A stretch of DNA of 63,513 nucleotides, filler included, from Octopus bimaculoides (taxonomy: Eukaryota), in NCBI RefSeq assembly GCF_001194135.2. It is 7 parts of 6 records of this genome, joined end to end, with 100 filler letters (N's around TTAATTAATTAA, not from the genome) between each part and the next. Parts side by side here need not be neighbours in the genome. Positions count along the whole stretch, not along the records: positions 11,130 to 29,474 come from NC_068981.1; 6 more parts are not named here. One strand, given 5' to 3'. This document shows positions 11,171-24,338 of this stretch, in pieces (positions within the stretch are counted from its first letter, which is position 1; each line of letters starts with the position of its first letter). The notes under the pieces were generated by a model. It worked only from the letters and a program-made list of their open reading frames with translations. It was not told the origin of the DNA and ran no database searches. The position numbers were made by a program, and so were the translations under genes.

Positions 11171-13194
11171 GGGAGAAAGAGAGAGAGGCAAATTATTTCT
11201 ACAAATACACATTTGATGTAATTTTTTTTTCTATCACACCCACTGTGTAATTCTGTCTATAGCTACCAGTGTTTAAGTTTCTTCTCTGTGGCTCTGCTGC
11301 TGAATTTAACTTCTACAAATCTATGGTACCGTATGTTAGTCTTATTCAGTCAAGATTGAAAAAAAGACCACCAAAAGAAAGTGGTATGAAAAGTTGTAAA
11401 GGGATAACAATCTTGATGTTTCATATTGTAAAGACAGATTGCAACTTCTATTGTGATAATAAAAAGAAAACTGGGTCAAGTAGCTACTTCATTAATAGTG
11501 CAGAAATTGTCTTTTCACACATTTGATGTGATGCTTAATATGAAATGGCTCTTGACTATGTAAATTGCCAACAAGAGTAGTGAAAAGCTTGCTCCTGCAG
11601 TTTCTGCTTGAGAGAAAGCATCTGTGATGATCTATTTCACTTCTGGAAGTTTTATATTAGAAACTACCTAAGAACAAGATCTTGTGAACACTTAGGATTT
11701 TCTTCCACTTACGCACTTATGGTTCAGTGAAAGAAAACAGTCCATACTGGTTCACCATCTTGTACACACACACACACACACAGCACAAATGACTCCTAGG
11801 ATTACTTGTTCAAGGGAGCATTGTGAAGGTGCATGACTTAGTGGTTAGGGTTTGTACTCACAATCATGAGATCATGGTTTCAATTCCCAGATTGGTTGTG
11901 CATTGTGTTCTGAAGCAAAACACTTCATTTCACATTGTTACAGTCCACTCAGTTGTAACTGGGTAGCCTTGTGACAAATTTGCATACAAGGCTGAGATGG
12001 TGCCTCAGGAAAATCACCCAAACAGGGTCTTGTAAGCCATGTTTTGTATATGGCAATTAAAAGGAAGAATGGTATAACCTATACTGTGAATCCCAACTGG
12101 GGAGTCAACCATATCAAGGGGTGAATAAATGAAACCACATACTGAGGCTGAGTATGAACATGTTTAAAAAAAACTGTGAACCCAAGAAAATGCATTTGTT
12201 CAAAAAACATTCCAGGTATTAATGACCCAAGTTACTGGGTAGTCATTTATAGTAATTTGCAGAGTGAAATATATTAATACTAAAAATTAATAATAAAAAT
12301 TAATACAAATTTTTAAAATGATTAGGAAACAATATATAAGAAATGGTAATGATACTGGAAATGGTGTTAAGACACACTAAGAAACTGATGAAAGGTTCTC
12401 AAAGGATAAATGCTCAGGATCTGGCTGATAAGTAAAACTCTGGAGTCAGCCATACAAATATACACACACAGATGCTATCTATCCATATAGATAGATACAG
12501 ATGCTCACACATATCATTGTTATCATTAACTGTCCTTTTCTTACTGACATGAGTTGGAGGGTCATCAGTATTTGTGTCAGTTATCATGTCTCACCCCATT
12601 CTGGTATGGTTTCTATGGTTGAATACTCTTCCCATCACCAACCAATTTAAAGAGTATACTGGCTACATTTTATAATAGTACCAGCACTAGATATGTTGTC
12701 TTGTCTACTACAAGACCCCTCCTTACTCTGTTTTATTTTCGTTTGTTCACTATAATGTGACTGAGAGGATGAATAGAAGAGAAAGTATAGTGAGAATGAT
12801 TGGTGCAAGAGGAGTAAGAGAGGAAGGGAATGATTGGCGCGAGAGTGACAAGGCTGCAACATGTTGGCAAAGAGACTGAACAGACACAACATGAGTAGTG
12901 TGAAAGGGTAAGAGTGAGAGAAGGAAACTGAATGGTGGAAGAGAGAGAGAGAGAGTACTAAAAGTGAGAGGATGATATCTACATCATAGAACTAAATACA
13001 AGTGAGGGAAGTGGTAGGAGGCACCTTCATACATTGTAAAACCAGCCGCAACAGGACTGTTGGTAGCAACTGTGATGGCAGTGCCCCAGTATGACCACAA
13101 CCTATGAGTTGGAAGTGGTAGAAGGAACAAAATAAATAATAATATTTGCATTTTTTAAAGATGCTTCTGAAAGAATGCTTTCTAAATGTCATAC

Positions 13195-13263
13195 CTTGCA
13201 GGGTATACCATTGTTAAACCACCGTTTGTTCCCACAAATGTAGCAATCACATCGTCTCGAAAT
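13195..13263 (-). CDS. CACNA2D: alpha2/delta exon H (FRDDVIATFVGTNGGLTMVYPA)
   Basis: ttttctttcag / gtatga, 69 nt, phase 2-2. Resembles GVKARFVVTDGGITRVYP. No further downstream exon was found before the gap at 11030-11130. Confidence 0.88.
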
Positions 13264-14911
13264 CTGAAAGAAAATTAAGTCATCAAGTATGTTCTGTATA
13301 GACAGTATAATCTATATACAAAGTGTGACAAAAAAATATAGACAAAGAATTATCGAGGTACAATAAAAAAAAAAGATAAAACACCTTATTAAATTCAATT
13401 TCAAATCAAATAAGTAATTATCCAAAAATAGGAATAGTCAAAATCATTTTATTAAATGAATTTAATATTTTTGTTTTTACTTTTACTTTTAATTGCCAAA
13501 TTTTTTAACATCTTTTTAATTGAAATTATTTTTGCAACTCCCCACCATCATAAGTCTTGCCATTGTGGAATGTTTTAGAAGCAGTTATAAAGGATACTAA
13601 TGAATTGATCTAATTATGAAGTCTTTTGTTTGCTCATATTGAGAAAACTATCAAATAGAATATAAGTGTAAGGCTCAATTTGGTTTTGATTCACCATTGT
13701 TCTCAGGAAAATTATGAAGGTCATATGAAACATCTGATACAATCTTATGACTAAATGAAGGAAACCAATATACTTTGTTATTTATTCTTACTGATAGAGA
13801 TCTAGAAATAATTTGTTCAGCCAATGTCCAATTTTCTTTTTCCCAAATTCATACAGCACAACTACCTTTACACTGTATTAAACCCTAACTTTTTATCAGT
13901 GCAATTTTGTCTCATCTTTGACAAAAAAATCATACATCATACAAATGTATTATAGAAAATGACAGTATATCACTACAAAAAAATAACATCTTTTGCTTCT
14001 TGTTATTTTTTAAACTTTTTTTAGAGGCTACAGGTAGACCTGAATAGTGAATTGTAAAGTAATTCTTCAATACTACTAAATTACTCATGATAGAAATTGA
14101 AAAGAATTATCATTTAGCCTCAGTAGAGACTTATTGATACATTAAAAGTTGTACTTTTTTCTAATCTTTTCATGATTATAATTCTAATGGATTGTGTATG
14201 TGCTTCAGTAATTTTCAATTTTCTCTATATATTGAAACAATATCATATTGGCATTAGAGAAGAGGATTTTAGTAGAGTTCTCCATGATCAACTGCTGAGG
14301 TGAAGCACTAACTTATGTATTAAAAGTAGTAGGTCAAGTAGTGAAATGAGTGAATTTAATTCAGTTAGTCTTTTACTTGTTTCAGCCTGTTGATTGTGGC
14401 CATGCTAAGACAGCACCATTTAAAAAGAGGAGGGAAATTCTTAATGGCTTCATTTCACAGTTAATTGACTTTCTCAAAGGAACAGTGTCTAATATTAATT
14501 GGATTTTCTTTTACTTTTTTGTAACAGAGGCTGTAGTCAGGTGACCANNNNNNNNNNAAACGATGATGATGATGATGATGATGATAAATGATAAAAATAA
14601 AAACAAAGTCAACTTTGCTAAAATTTAAACTCCAGAAATGAGAAGAATAAAATTCAACACTGAAATACATTATTTCCAATCTTCTTTCTGCCTCATAAAT
14701 GTTTTTAGTATGAGGTGGGGCATATGGTCAATCAAATTAATAGAAGTACTTGATATGTTTTATTGTGCCCCACAGTATGAAAGGGTAAAAAAAAAGTAGG
14801 TGGGGATTTGAACTCTGAATGTAAAGTAATATAGCTGAATGCCACAAAGCATTAAATTGATATCACTTCTGCCAAGATTAATAACTGAAGGGAATAGTAG
14901 AATACACATAC

Positions 14912-15008
14912 TTAAATTGAGGGAAAATGTCAACATCGTGCCAATAAAGTTCCATTTTCTTTGTGATATTGGCATCCCAAAATAATAATTGCATCAGGTA
15001 ATTGTCAT
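14912..15008 (-). CDS. CACNA2D: alpha2/delta exon G (H-DNYLMQLLFWDANITKKMELYWHDVDIFPQF-K)
   Basis: tttgctttcag / gtatgt, 97 nt, phase 1-2. Resembles [23 protein letters not shown]. Confidence 0.85.
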
Positions 15009-15559
15009 CTGAAAGCAAATATAGAAACTAACATAATATATCTCCTAAACAAATAGCAATTACAAAAATAAGAAATATCATACAATCTAGTCATTATAAC
15101 ATACAATATTCTGAAAATGTATTTAAACTGAGATAAATACACTCAATGTATCTTCTTATGGTATGCCCCTCTACATTCCCCACACAACTAAAACCCACTC
15201 CCATGTTTGCCAGATTGCCATGTATTGCAAGAGTACAGGCAAAGAATATAACCTTCAAAGTTTGGAGAAAATTTTCCACCCCCAACCTGGCTTCTATTGC
15301 AACTCCTGCAAGACCATCATCTAATATATGAAGGATGGTGATGTGCATCAAACACCCTGTAAGTTTTCCCACCTTCAAAACTGCAGCTAATCATTTTGTT
15401 CTCTTATTGAAAGGGTTTGTTTCCACATTTTGGAACCATCCTCCCTTTCACTTCTCAACCATTAAGGTTCTGTAAGCAGTACTTCCAAGAAGAAAGCCTC
15501 CACAAACACACACTAAATAATTCTCCTCCAAAGCTATCATTTACCATTCCATCAGGCTT

Positions 15560-16560
15560 ACCACCACAGTCACCACATACATATGAAATATGAAACACTT
15601 CCAGTTATTTCAAAACAACAAGCTACTGTCTCTGACAATATCCTTTCCCTTACCTTCAAACAATTCAGGCCAGAATTAGTCCATATCCTTGCCAAAGTCT
15701 TCAATCACCTACTCTCTCTCTCTCTCTCTCTCTCTCTTCCTGTAGGTATATATCCTTATCTTTGAAAGCAACCTAGTGTTTTACATTCTAGAAATGCAAA
15801 TTTCTGATTCAGCTAATTATTGTTATTTTGCCATCCTAGAATCTCAAAGCCTTTAATAATATCTTTCTCAACACTGTAAGATTTTAATGAATTTGGATCT
15901 ATTGGTAATCTACTCTGCTCTTTCTCTACAAATGAGCTCTCATCTTGAAAATTGCACAGCAAAACTACCCGCCTCTGAGCACCATCTATCTTTCATCTTT
16001 TGAATCAGTGGCTGATGGTGCTCCCTTTGGCTCTGGTGAATCCCAAACTTCAGTTCTGTCCTCTATACTCTCTCCTATATATCAACAACAGCCATTCCTA
16101 TCCAGATGATACCACATTTCATTCTTTCCAGTTCATCTACATGCAACCTAAACATCTCACACAAAATCTGCACTGACTCCATGAAGAGAAACTTTGAAAA
16201 CCTCTTCCAATGGAGTCAAACTAATCTTGTGTCCTTCAACAATGCAAAGATACAATCACTACACATTAAGAATACATTACCCCACCCACCTCAAACATGA
16301 GCAACACTCAATCAGAACCCTCAAGCTTGCTGAAAATGCATGGTGTTACTATCAATGAACATCACAAAGATAGACCCTCTTCTTCAGGGTTAGAAATTAC
16401 TTCATACCTCATCAACTACTAAGATTCTAGAATGCTCAGGTGGGACCCTCAATGAAGTATTAGGAGAGCATTGTTGCTGATGCTGCATATGTGACTATCC
16501 AATACCACACCCAAAGAAAGGCCACCCAACTGATTAGCATGAAGTCACTGACCAACACAC
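15560..16560 (+). mobile_element. Highly degenerate CR1/L2/Jockey-type RT relic in an alpha2/delta intron
   Basis: Eroded motifs PELVHILAKVFN, GxxQTSVLSSILSLLYINN and YPDDTT in the expected RT order. Confidence 0.65.
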
Positions 16561-16848
16561 TAACTCAAGCACAATAATTTATTTGTCTCATCTTCTCTTG
16601 TCAACCATGTCATACTCCTACTGACCATGTCACCTGGAACTCACATTAACCGTAACTGGTTCTTTCTATATAGAACATCAGCTCTTTAGTATATTTTATT
16701 TCTTGAAGCTAATATACTCATAACTGTTCAAGAGGAATGTTAATCATTTTGATCTGACTGATCTTGAAGGGTCTTTGAAGGCCAAGGGCACAGTTCTTTC
16801 TTCAAAGCAATCAAATAAATATATTAAAAAAAAATAGAGGATACTTAC

Positions 16849-16934
16849 GATCATTAGTATAATCTAAGACATTAATCAAGTCTTCAGCAGTCATTGTGAT
16901 ATTGTCCTCTTTTGAATAACCAGAGTAATAATCC
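16849..16934 (-). CDS. CACNA2D: alpha2/delta exon F (DYYSGYSKEDNITMTAEDLINVLDYTND)
   Basis: ctttctctgtag / gtaagt, 86 nt, phase 2-1. Follows IAPW as in APRDYC. Confidence 0.8.
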
Positions 16935-18054
16935 CTACAGAGAAAGCAGAAGAGGAGATCAGTTTTATAAACTGGTATTAAAATGATGTTTTTTTTTTCT
17001 TTTCTCATTTTGGTGTCAGTTGTTAGACAGCCTTCAAGGGATTTTATTAGTTGATTGCAATCAACTCCAGTACATATTTTACTTTATTTTAAGTTTGCCT
17101 TTGGTGTAATGGAACATAACTCAGTACTGAAATACCAAAAGGTATTTTTGTTTCATGCACTAATTTACACCAGCACACACATACCTACATATTTATTAAA
17201 TTAAATAACTCTCTGGAGTCTTGCCTTCCAAAAATTTAAATATATCACCTTTATTTGATATATTGAGTACTTTCATATCTAGCATGTAAATACATTTATC
17301 TGTTGATCTATCTTTCTTTACATACACAGTATTTTTAGGATGATTATTATTTGTTAAGTATTATTATTCAAAGCATTGGTCAACCCACAGCTATAGTAGA
17401 TGATACTTATTTAAGGTACATGCAGTGGGATTGAACTCAACAAGGATGCAAAGAAAATTTTTTATTTAATAGTGAAAGAATATTTGACGGAGATAAAGGA
17501 AAAGCTGACAAAAATATTTTTTGTCTATGATAAGTCAAATATGATAGATAAGAAAAATGCAGGTAGTTCTTGACTACAAGGTAATTCATTGCTAGTTATT
17601 GCATGTTAATCAATGCCTCATATTCCAAGAGGTATTTTCTCATAGAAACCAGCTGTATGGTTCTTGAAGCAAGTATGGTGTTGAGCGAAGAATGTTGGGC
17701 TAGAGTTGACTCTCGTTAATGTTATTTGGCCTTGGTTCAGCTGGCAAGCCATTGACTCAAAAATTATGTTGGGGCAACAAACATTAAAGAATTAAATTTT
17801 TAAAAATTATTTAAAAAATAATTTTTGCCACAAAAAATTCTTGTAAAGATGTAAATTAATAAACTGGAAAGTTGGAAAGCAAGAACTCCCTGTAGATGGA
17901 AAATAAAGCTTGTTATATTATCACAGAATATCTTCGAGCCAATATTTAAAAGATTTTGGCAAAGGTGTGTGTTAAACCAAATGTTATACCAACTCTATTG
18001 AATTTGTTAGTGGGGAAAAAAAGAAAAAAACAAAAAACTGGTTTATTAACATAC

Positions 18055-18103
18055 CATGGTGCAATCAGCATTGCTGACAGATTTGAATGTAGTAAAGCTT
18101 TTG
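18055..18103 (-). CDS. CACNA2D: alpha2/delta exon E (A-KALLHSNLSAMLIAP-W)
   Basis: ttttattttctag / gtatgt, 49 nt, phase 1-2. Supplies the IAPW motif. Confidence 0.82.
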
Positions 18104-19292
18104 CTAGAAAATAAAAGAGGAAATTTTATTTTTACATTCAAATTTCTATACTAATTAGGGTACATATTTTACAAATATGGATATTTACATTTTACAGAAA
18201 ATTAAAATAAAACCACTATATATTTTTTTTATCAAAGTTAGTTTCTGTATGTTAAATTTAAGCAATCTAAGACATGTATGTAAAAGAATTTTAAATATTT
18301 TATAAATTGATATGTTGATTTTGGTATTTTAGTCCACTAAACACCACTAAATATAAGTAACTGTGTCAGGGAGCAATCATTGTGTGATATAATCAATTAA
18401 TTACAGTTGATTTCAAGTGGGAAATATTTTTTACTACCTAAGAGTATCATAATAAGGATGAACCAGCTATTGTGGAAAGAAAAATAGCTCTGATAGCCAG
18501 CATAACTAGTTTCCTTAGATTTACCATTTCATTAAAATTTCCTCTCTTTGAATCTCATCACCGCCTTCTGGTGGACTCTTAGGGGTACAACCATAATATA
18601 TGACATGTCATGGGCATTTTAAACCAGGCAGAGATCATCCCTCTCTAGGTCAGTCCACAGTAAGAAAGAGAGAGACGGAGATAAAAAAAAAGTATTAATC
18701 TCAGTATTGGATTGATACTTTATTTATTGATTGTGAAAGGATGAAAGGTAAACAGGATTTTAAGTCAGAGAGCAGAGAGCCCAAACAAATATAATAGAGT
18801 ATTCTATTTGATGTTCCAATGACTTAGCTTATTCACCAAAATATTTTTGGTAACGTCTATCATTTTACAGACAACAAATGAATTGTCTATCAGTATCAAA
18901 AGTTTTACTGAATTATGTATGAGTCAAAAGAACTGGAAACTGAAGATAGAAGAAGCTGAAGTGTGCAGTAGAGCCAATCATGGAGATGCTGGTTTATCAG
19001 TCAAGTAAAATGATGTGACATAGTGTATACTGAAAGTCACATTTTCATTACAAAAATTTTAATAATTTGCTCCCAATTTTTTAACTTTACAAGTTACACA
19101 ACACTCCAGTGGGTATAAGAATTTATCAGTTCTGTATAAGAATATATATTTACTACTGTAAAATAAATTTGTGGTTACAATTCTGATAAGATTAAGCACA
19201 TTTAACTGCACCAGAACTCAATTGAAATTCTTCAGTTATCAGATCACTAGTTTTCTCCAGAGATATGAAACAAAGTTTGTGTTATAGCAAAG

Positions 19293-19520
19293 TTAACCTT
19301 TTAGTATTCAAACCGGCCATATCAGGCCCAAATACTGTACCTGTTATATGTTCAAACTGACTAGATAAGGCCTCTCACACTTACCTTAAAATGTGATGCT
19401 AAAAATAAACAATCACATCATTGAAATCTCAAAGCTACAAGATAATGTATGATAAATTCAAAATAATGTGAATAATTAAGCATTGCATATGATAGAGTAA
19501 TCTGAATGTTAAAGGGTTAA
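19293..19520. mobile_element. piggyBac-type MITE
   Basis: TTAA-ccttttagtattca ... tgaatgttaaaggg-TTAA. Confidence 0.7.
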
Positions 19521-20020
19521 ACATATAGTCTTGCTCTGCATCATGAGAAGGTCATAAAAGTAATATTAGAAATTTGAGTTGAGCAACTTGAGTTAATTCC
19601 CTTAGCTCAGTATTTGAAACGATACTGACTTAAGATGTAAATAATTAGGTATAAAATTTCACAATAAACTCTACTTAAAGCACTTATTTCTAACATTAGC
19701 CAAAGAGACAAAGGTGTTGTTCTTCCAAATGCAGAAAGAGAGGTAACTGCATTAACATGAAAATTTACGATTACAGAAACAAATCTTTTTTATATTATGT
19801 GTGTGATTAATCATGTAAGGATGTTGTGTAAATGAGGGTTAATAACTAAAATCTATACCATATTTACTAGAATTTTTTTTTTTTACTTATTAGCAATAAA
19901 GGAGCACAGAAAAATAGTGTTTACTATCATACTGATCAGATAACTATATGTTGGCACCGCATAAAATAAAAATAATGTGAAACATGATAAATTTATCCAA
20001 AATTCTCGTCATTGTATGTA

Positions 20021-20847
20021 TCAGGTCATCCCCATAAGTTCTGTCCGAGTTAACCGTTTTTAAAATTGAATGAAAATTAATAGCATTTTAGAATGTCTAG
20101 TAGAATTATAAATTATTTTTATGCATTTGTGTACATTTAAACTAATTAAATATTATTTTACAGAATAATAGAATTAAAATTTCTTTGATTAAAACCCTTT
20201 CTAACATGGAAGTATCCAAAGAGCATTTGAGTACAAAAAAGGAAACTCTGCAGCCGAAGTGACTCGAAACATACACTCAGTTTATGGGAAAGAAGGTTTG
20301 AATGAAAGAACTTGCAGAAGATGGTTTGCAAAATTCAGAAGTGGAGATTTCAGCCTTGAAGATGAAGATCGAACAGGACGTCCANNNNNNNNNNGGGTGC
20401 CTCATGAATTGTCCGAAAGCAACCGCAAATCCCGAGTTGACATCTACTCTTCTCTCCATTATCACAAACTCATTTCACCCTTTTTGGATAGACTTGTGAT
20501 TGGTGACGAAAAATGGATCTTCTATCGAAATGTTAAACATCATAAACAGTGGCTTGGCAAAAGGGAAAAAGCTCAACCACAACTGAGAAGGGAACTTCAT
20601 GGGAAAAAGGTTCTTCTCTCTATCTGGTGGGATTGCAAAGGAGTAATTCACTTTGAATTGTTACCCCCTAATGCAATGATCAATGCTCAAGTCTACTGTC
20701 AGCAATTAGAGCATTTGAACCAAGCTTTGAAGAAAAAAAGACCTGCTTTAGTGAATCGAAAAGGAGTGATGTTTCATCAGGACAATGCATGACCTCACAC
20801 TGCAAAGATCACATCACAGAAGATCGAAGAGCTTGGTTGGGAAAACA
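20021..20847 (+). mobile_element. Mariner transposon relic (left TIR + transposase pseudogene, 3'-truncated)
   Basis: TA-tcaggtcatccccataagttctgtccg TIR. RWFAKFRSGDFSLED..GRP, VPHEL, IGDEKW, WWDCKG and HQDNA*PHT; in-frame stop, internal gap. Confidence 0.92.
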
Positions 20848-22169
20848 TCCCTCATTCGTAGATTACAGAATCATTTGGGGGACATAACTTTCACAAGCCA
20901 TGTTCTAAATATAACACATGATGATTGTTAGCACAAGTGCAGAGGGCTTTATGACCTCCATGTCAGACATGCATTCATAACTCTACCAGGTACAAGTGAC
21001 TTTAAAGAGGATATCCTTATCCTCAGTACACTGATCCTCCCACTTGCCATTCACTCCACCCTCAGTTCTAGGTGTAACTAGCTTGAAACATTGACAGACT
21101 GAATGTGATCCAGCATTCTTCCTGTCAAGGAACTGCTTACCATACCAAAGCTATTGTAAGCACTCCACACTACCCCTTGCTACAGCCACAGATCTCTCTT
21201 CACAGATCTCAACACCTGTATACAATGGACTGCTAAAGAGATATGTAACATTCAATTTGACAACATTGGCTAGCAACAGGCCACAATACCCATAAAATAT
21301 GGCAGCCTCAGCCTCTGGTCTCACTGGCCCTACTTGTTTTTCTCTCATCAGTGACTTTTTGCCATGCCCTCATCAACAAGATTCTTCATGGCACAACTAA
21401 ACCTATTGTGATCAGGGAGAACAAGATGGCCTATGTGACATGGAGCCAGCTCAGCTTCCACCCTGTGGACGTCTATCCCCGTCTCCCCCCTATGGACATT
21501 TGATCCCCACAAAACAAGTGGGATGCCATCCAGTGTAACAAGATCTCAGATGAATTAGTGCTTAACCAGCACTGTCTGGCATGTTTCTGCTCAGCCTCCG
21601 TGCCCAACAGTTGTGCCTAGCTCATCTGGGATGTCACATACTGTGACATCTTGTCCAGTGGAAACTTGGTGTGTTCAGCTGCCAGCTCAGGCTTTGCTGC
21701 TCATCAGGCTGAGATGGTCAAACTGTCAAAACATCAGCCATTTTCTGATAGGTTTTTGAGCCCTGCTCCCTGCTATTGGGGGAAGAGATGGCTATCAACA
21801 AGTGTGAGCCCTGTGAGTCAAAGTTGCTGTTTAAAAGCATTTCTCTTGCCGTCCCCCAAGGCAATCCCTTTTCTATTTTGTTTACTGAGACCATGAATCA
21901 ATCTGACAAGCCTTTTAAGATATTTCTCTGCTGTGAGGAAGAGGAAAGATATGATGATTTAGGCAGGGCCTCTCACAGGATTTCATTAAGCATTATAGTT
22001 TAAATTACTATTTTACGTAGTGGTTTATTAAAATGTAACAGTCCACAAAGACAGTCTGTAGAGAAGCCTGAAGAGAAGGAAATGAATGTCAATCAGCATT
22101 TTCTTTTAAAGTGTTATGTTTAACTTACACATCTTGTATACAAAGCACAATATAAAACTGTTTCATCAA

Positions 22170-22430
22170 GCAGCAAGTTACTAGGTGTGCTATAGTTAAA
22201 CAGTGAAAACATTTTTGGTACAGATGTGTACACTGGTATGACAATCTGTTCAAAATTGTTCTCCAGGACACAGTTGCAGGAGAGTAAAGAACAGGCAAAT
22301 AAAATCCTGGTCTGACAACATCAAAAATTGGACAGATCTCAACATTGTGGCCCTTCTGCATGCAATAGGGCAATGGCACCAGAGATGATTGATGACTACT
22401 TAAGCATCCAGAGTGGTACCTTAATGACTG
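22170..22430 (+). mobile_element. RTE-like LINE 3' fragment
   Basis: Degenerate KIVLQxTVAG...W-DNIKNWTDL-like segment. Confidence 0.45.
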
Positions 22431-22659
22431 GCTGTGCCATTTTTAATAAGATAACTGTTAGCTTGTGTACATAGTTGACAGCAAAGTCAGTTAATCTGTG
22501 GTTAAGTTGTGCATCCCAACATAGTAGAAACAGAGAAAATTATTTTAATCTGAAACATGATATAAGCAGAAAACAATTTTGAAATGTACACTATCAAGTT
22601 TATTGTTGCTAGAACTGTAGAAAACTATTTAAAATATAAGGTTCTTTTGAAATATTTAC

Positions 22660-22727
22660 CTTCATGAACTGTAATTCCCATAGGCTGCATATATTTCTTT
22701 TGGTGGGAAGGTACAGAAATGCAGAGA
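22660..22727 (-). CDS. CACNA2D: alpha2/delta exon D (LCISVPSHQKKYMQPMGITVHE)
   Basis: ttattacag / gtaaat, 68 nt, phase 2-1. Resembles LALVLPTYSFYYI. Confidence 0.82.
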
Positions 22728-23171
22728 CTGTAATAAAATAATAATTTATATATGTAAATCAAAAATTTTGCAACATTTAATATTTTAATACTACAACATA
22801 TAAACAAAATAATTGTTGATTATATCAAAAGTAATTCTAATTGATAATTTCTGTAAGCTTTATATAAATAAGAAATAGCTTAAGAAAACACAAAGTAACA
22901 ATAAAGTTTACATATATATATGTACCTGATTAGATATGGTTCCTAGCCAAAAAAGGAGCATGCAAATATATAAAATATAGGGCATATAATTCTATAATGA
23001 TTACATGAAAAAACCAGGTTACATAAAGTTCCGCATGAGTCTGACAGAATAATGGCTGTCAGATGTGTCTGTTGGGAACTAAATCAGTAACTACACAAAC
23101 AGCTGTGGAAGAAATAGACACTGCATGCAAAATATTTTGAAGAAAGTGAATATAATTTCTTTTTTCATAAT

Positions 23172-23219
<48 letters not shown>

Positions 23220-24237
23220 CATATATGTGAGTTTAGAGGTAATTTATCCAGGCAGATACTGTGGTAGCTCTCAGTTATGTTCCAGGTTATGGCTTACTGT
23301 ATTGATTAGTATTTAATGTCTATGACTATGACTACTAGCAGTTGTCACTCATGCTGTAAATTCCTCCAATGGGTAATTCCATGTTCACTTCAATGGATGG
23401 TAATATTATCTGGAGTCTATATTTGCAATAATTATAATGATAGAGAATATGGAGACTGATATATCCTTGAAATTTATTTCCTTTTATTTTACAGTGTGTC
23501 ATATAGTTTATCTTTATGGTTACAATGACCTACATATTTCCACTACACAGAGTATGAGCAGTTTCAGATTCAAAATAACCTCCCATCACTTCCTCCTGAA
23601 CCCTAACCAATAAACATCTAACTGAATTCAGTTCACTTCAAGCCAAGCTGGCTCAAAGACCCTGAACAAAGCTGCACAGAAAATTATGCCCAGTTGCATA
23701 TGCAATTGCTCATACTCTGTGTAGTGGAAATGTGTAGGTCATCATAACCATAACAGTATGCTGTATCATCATCATCATCGTTTAACGTCCATTTTCCATG
23801 CTGGCAGGGGTTGGATGGTTTGACTGGGGTCTGTCCAACATATCTCTCAGGGCGCTTACACACTATCGTGTGTGCACACTGACATTACACATCCAGCGGA
23901 TCATACTAGCTTCATTTCTTTCAAGCCTACGCATATCTCCAGCAGTCATGGCCCATGTTTCACTGCCGTGAAGCATGGCAGTTCACACACATACATCATA
24001 CAATCTACGTTTCACTCTGAGTAAGAGGCCCTTTGTCATCAGTAGTGCTGGAAGCTTTCTGAACTTTGCCCAGGCTATTCTTATTCTTGTGGTAACACTC
24101 TCTGAGCATCCACCCCACCACTACAGACTTGGTCACCTTGGTAGCAGGACTTTGTAAAATAAAGGGAAATAAATCTGGAGGATGTACCAGTCTCTATATT
24201 CTCTATCGTTATAATTATTGCATACACACACACATGC

Positions 24238-24338
24238 AGTGTAATAAGAAATTAAATAAATTCAAGGGAACAAGAAATTAAGCAATGGACTTTATAATTT
24301 CTTGTTCCCTTATCATTTATTTAATTTCTTATTACACT
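24238..24338. repeat. Short hairpin (about 43-bp arms) in an alpha2/delta intron
   Basis: agtgtaataagaaattaaataaat...aagggaacaagaaatta / taatttcttgttccctt...atttatttaatttcttattacact. Confidence 0.82.

Noticed and set aside
11263-11330. Plus-strand ag...gt segment as the possible next WRNIP1 exon
   Set aside because: The phase-compatible frame (YQCLSFFSVALLLNLTSTNLWY) does not resemble the expected DGDAR-containing region.
15094-15378. 94-aa minus-strand ORF as a possible extra alpha2/delta exon
   Set aside because: No good splice sites and no similarity; it lies just upstream of the degenerate LINE relic, and exons F and G already join in phase.
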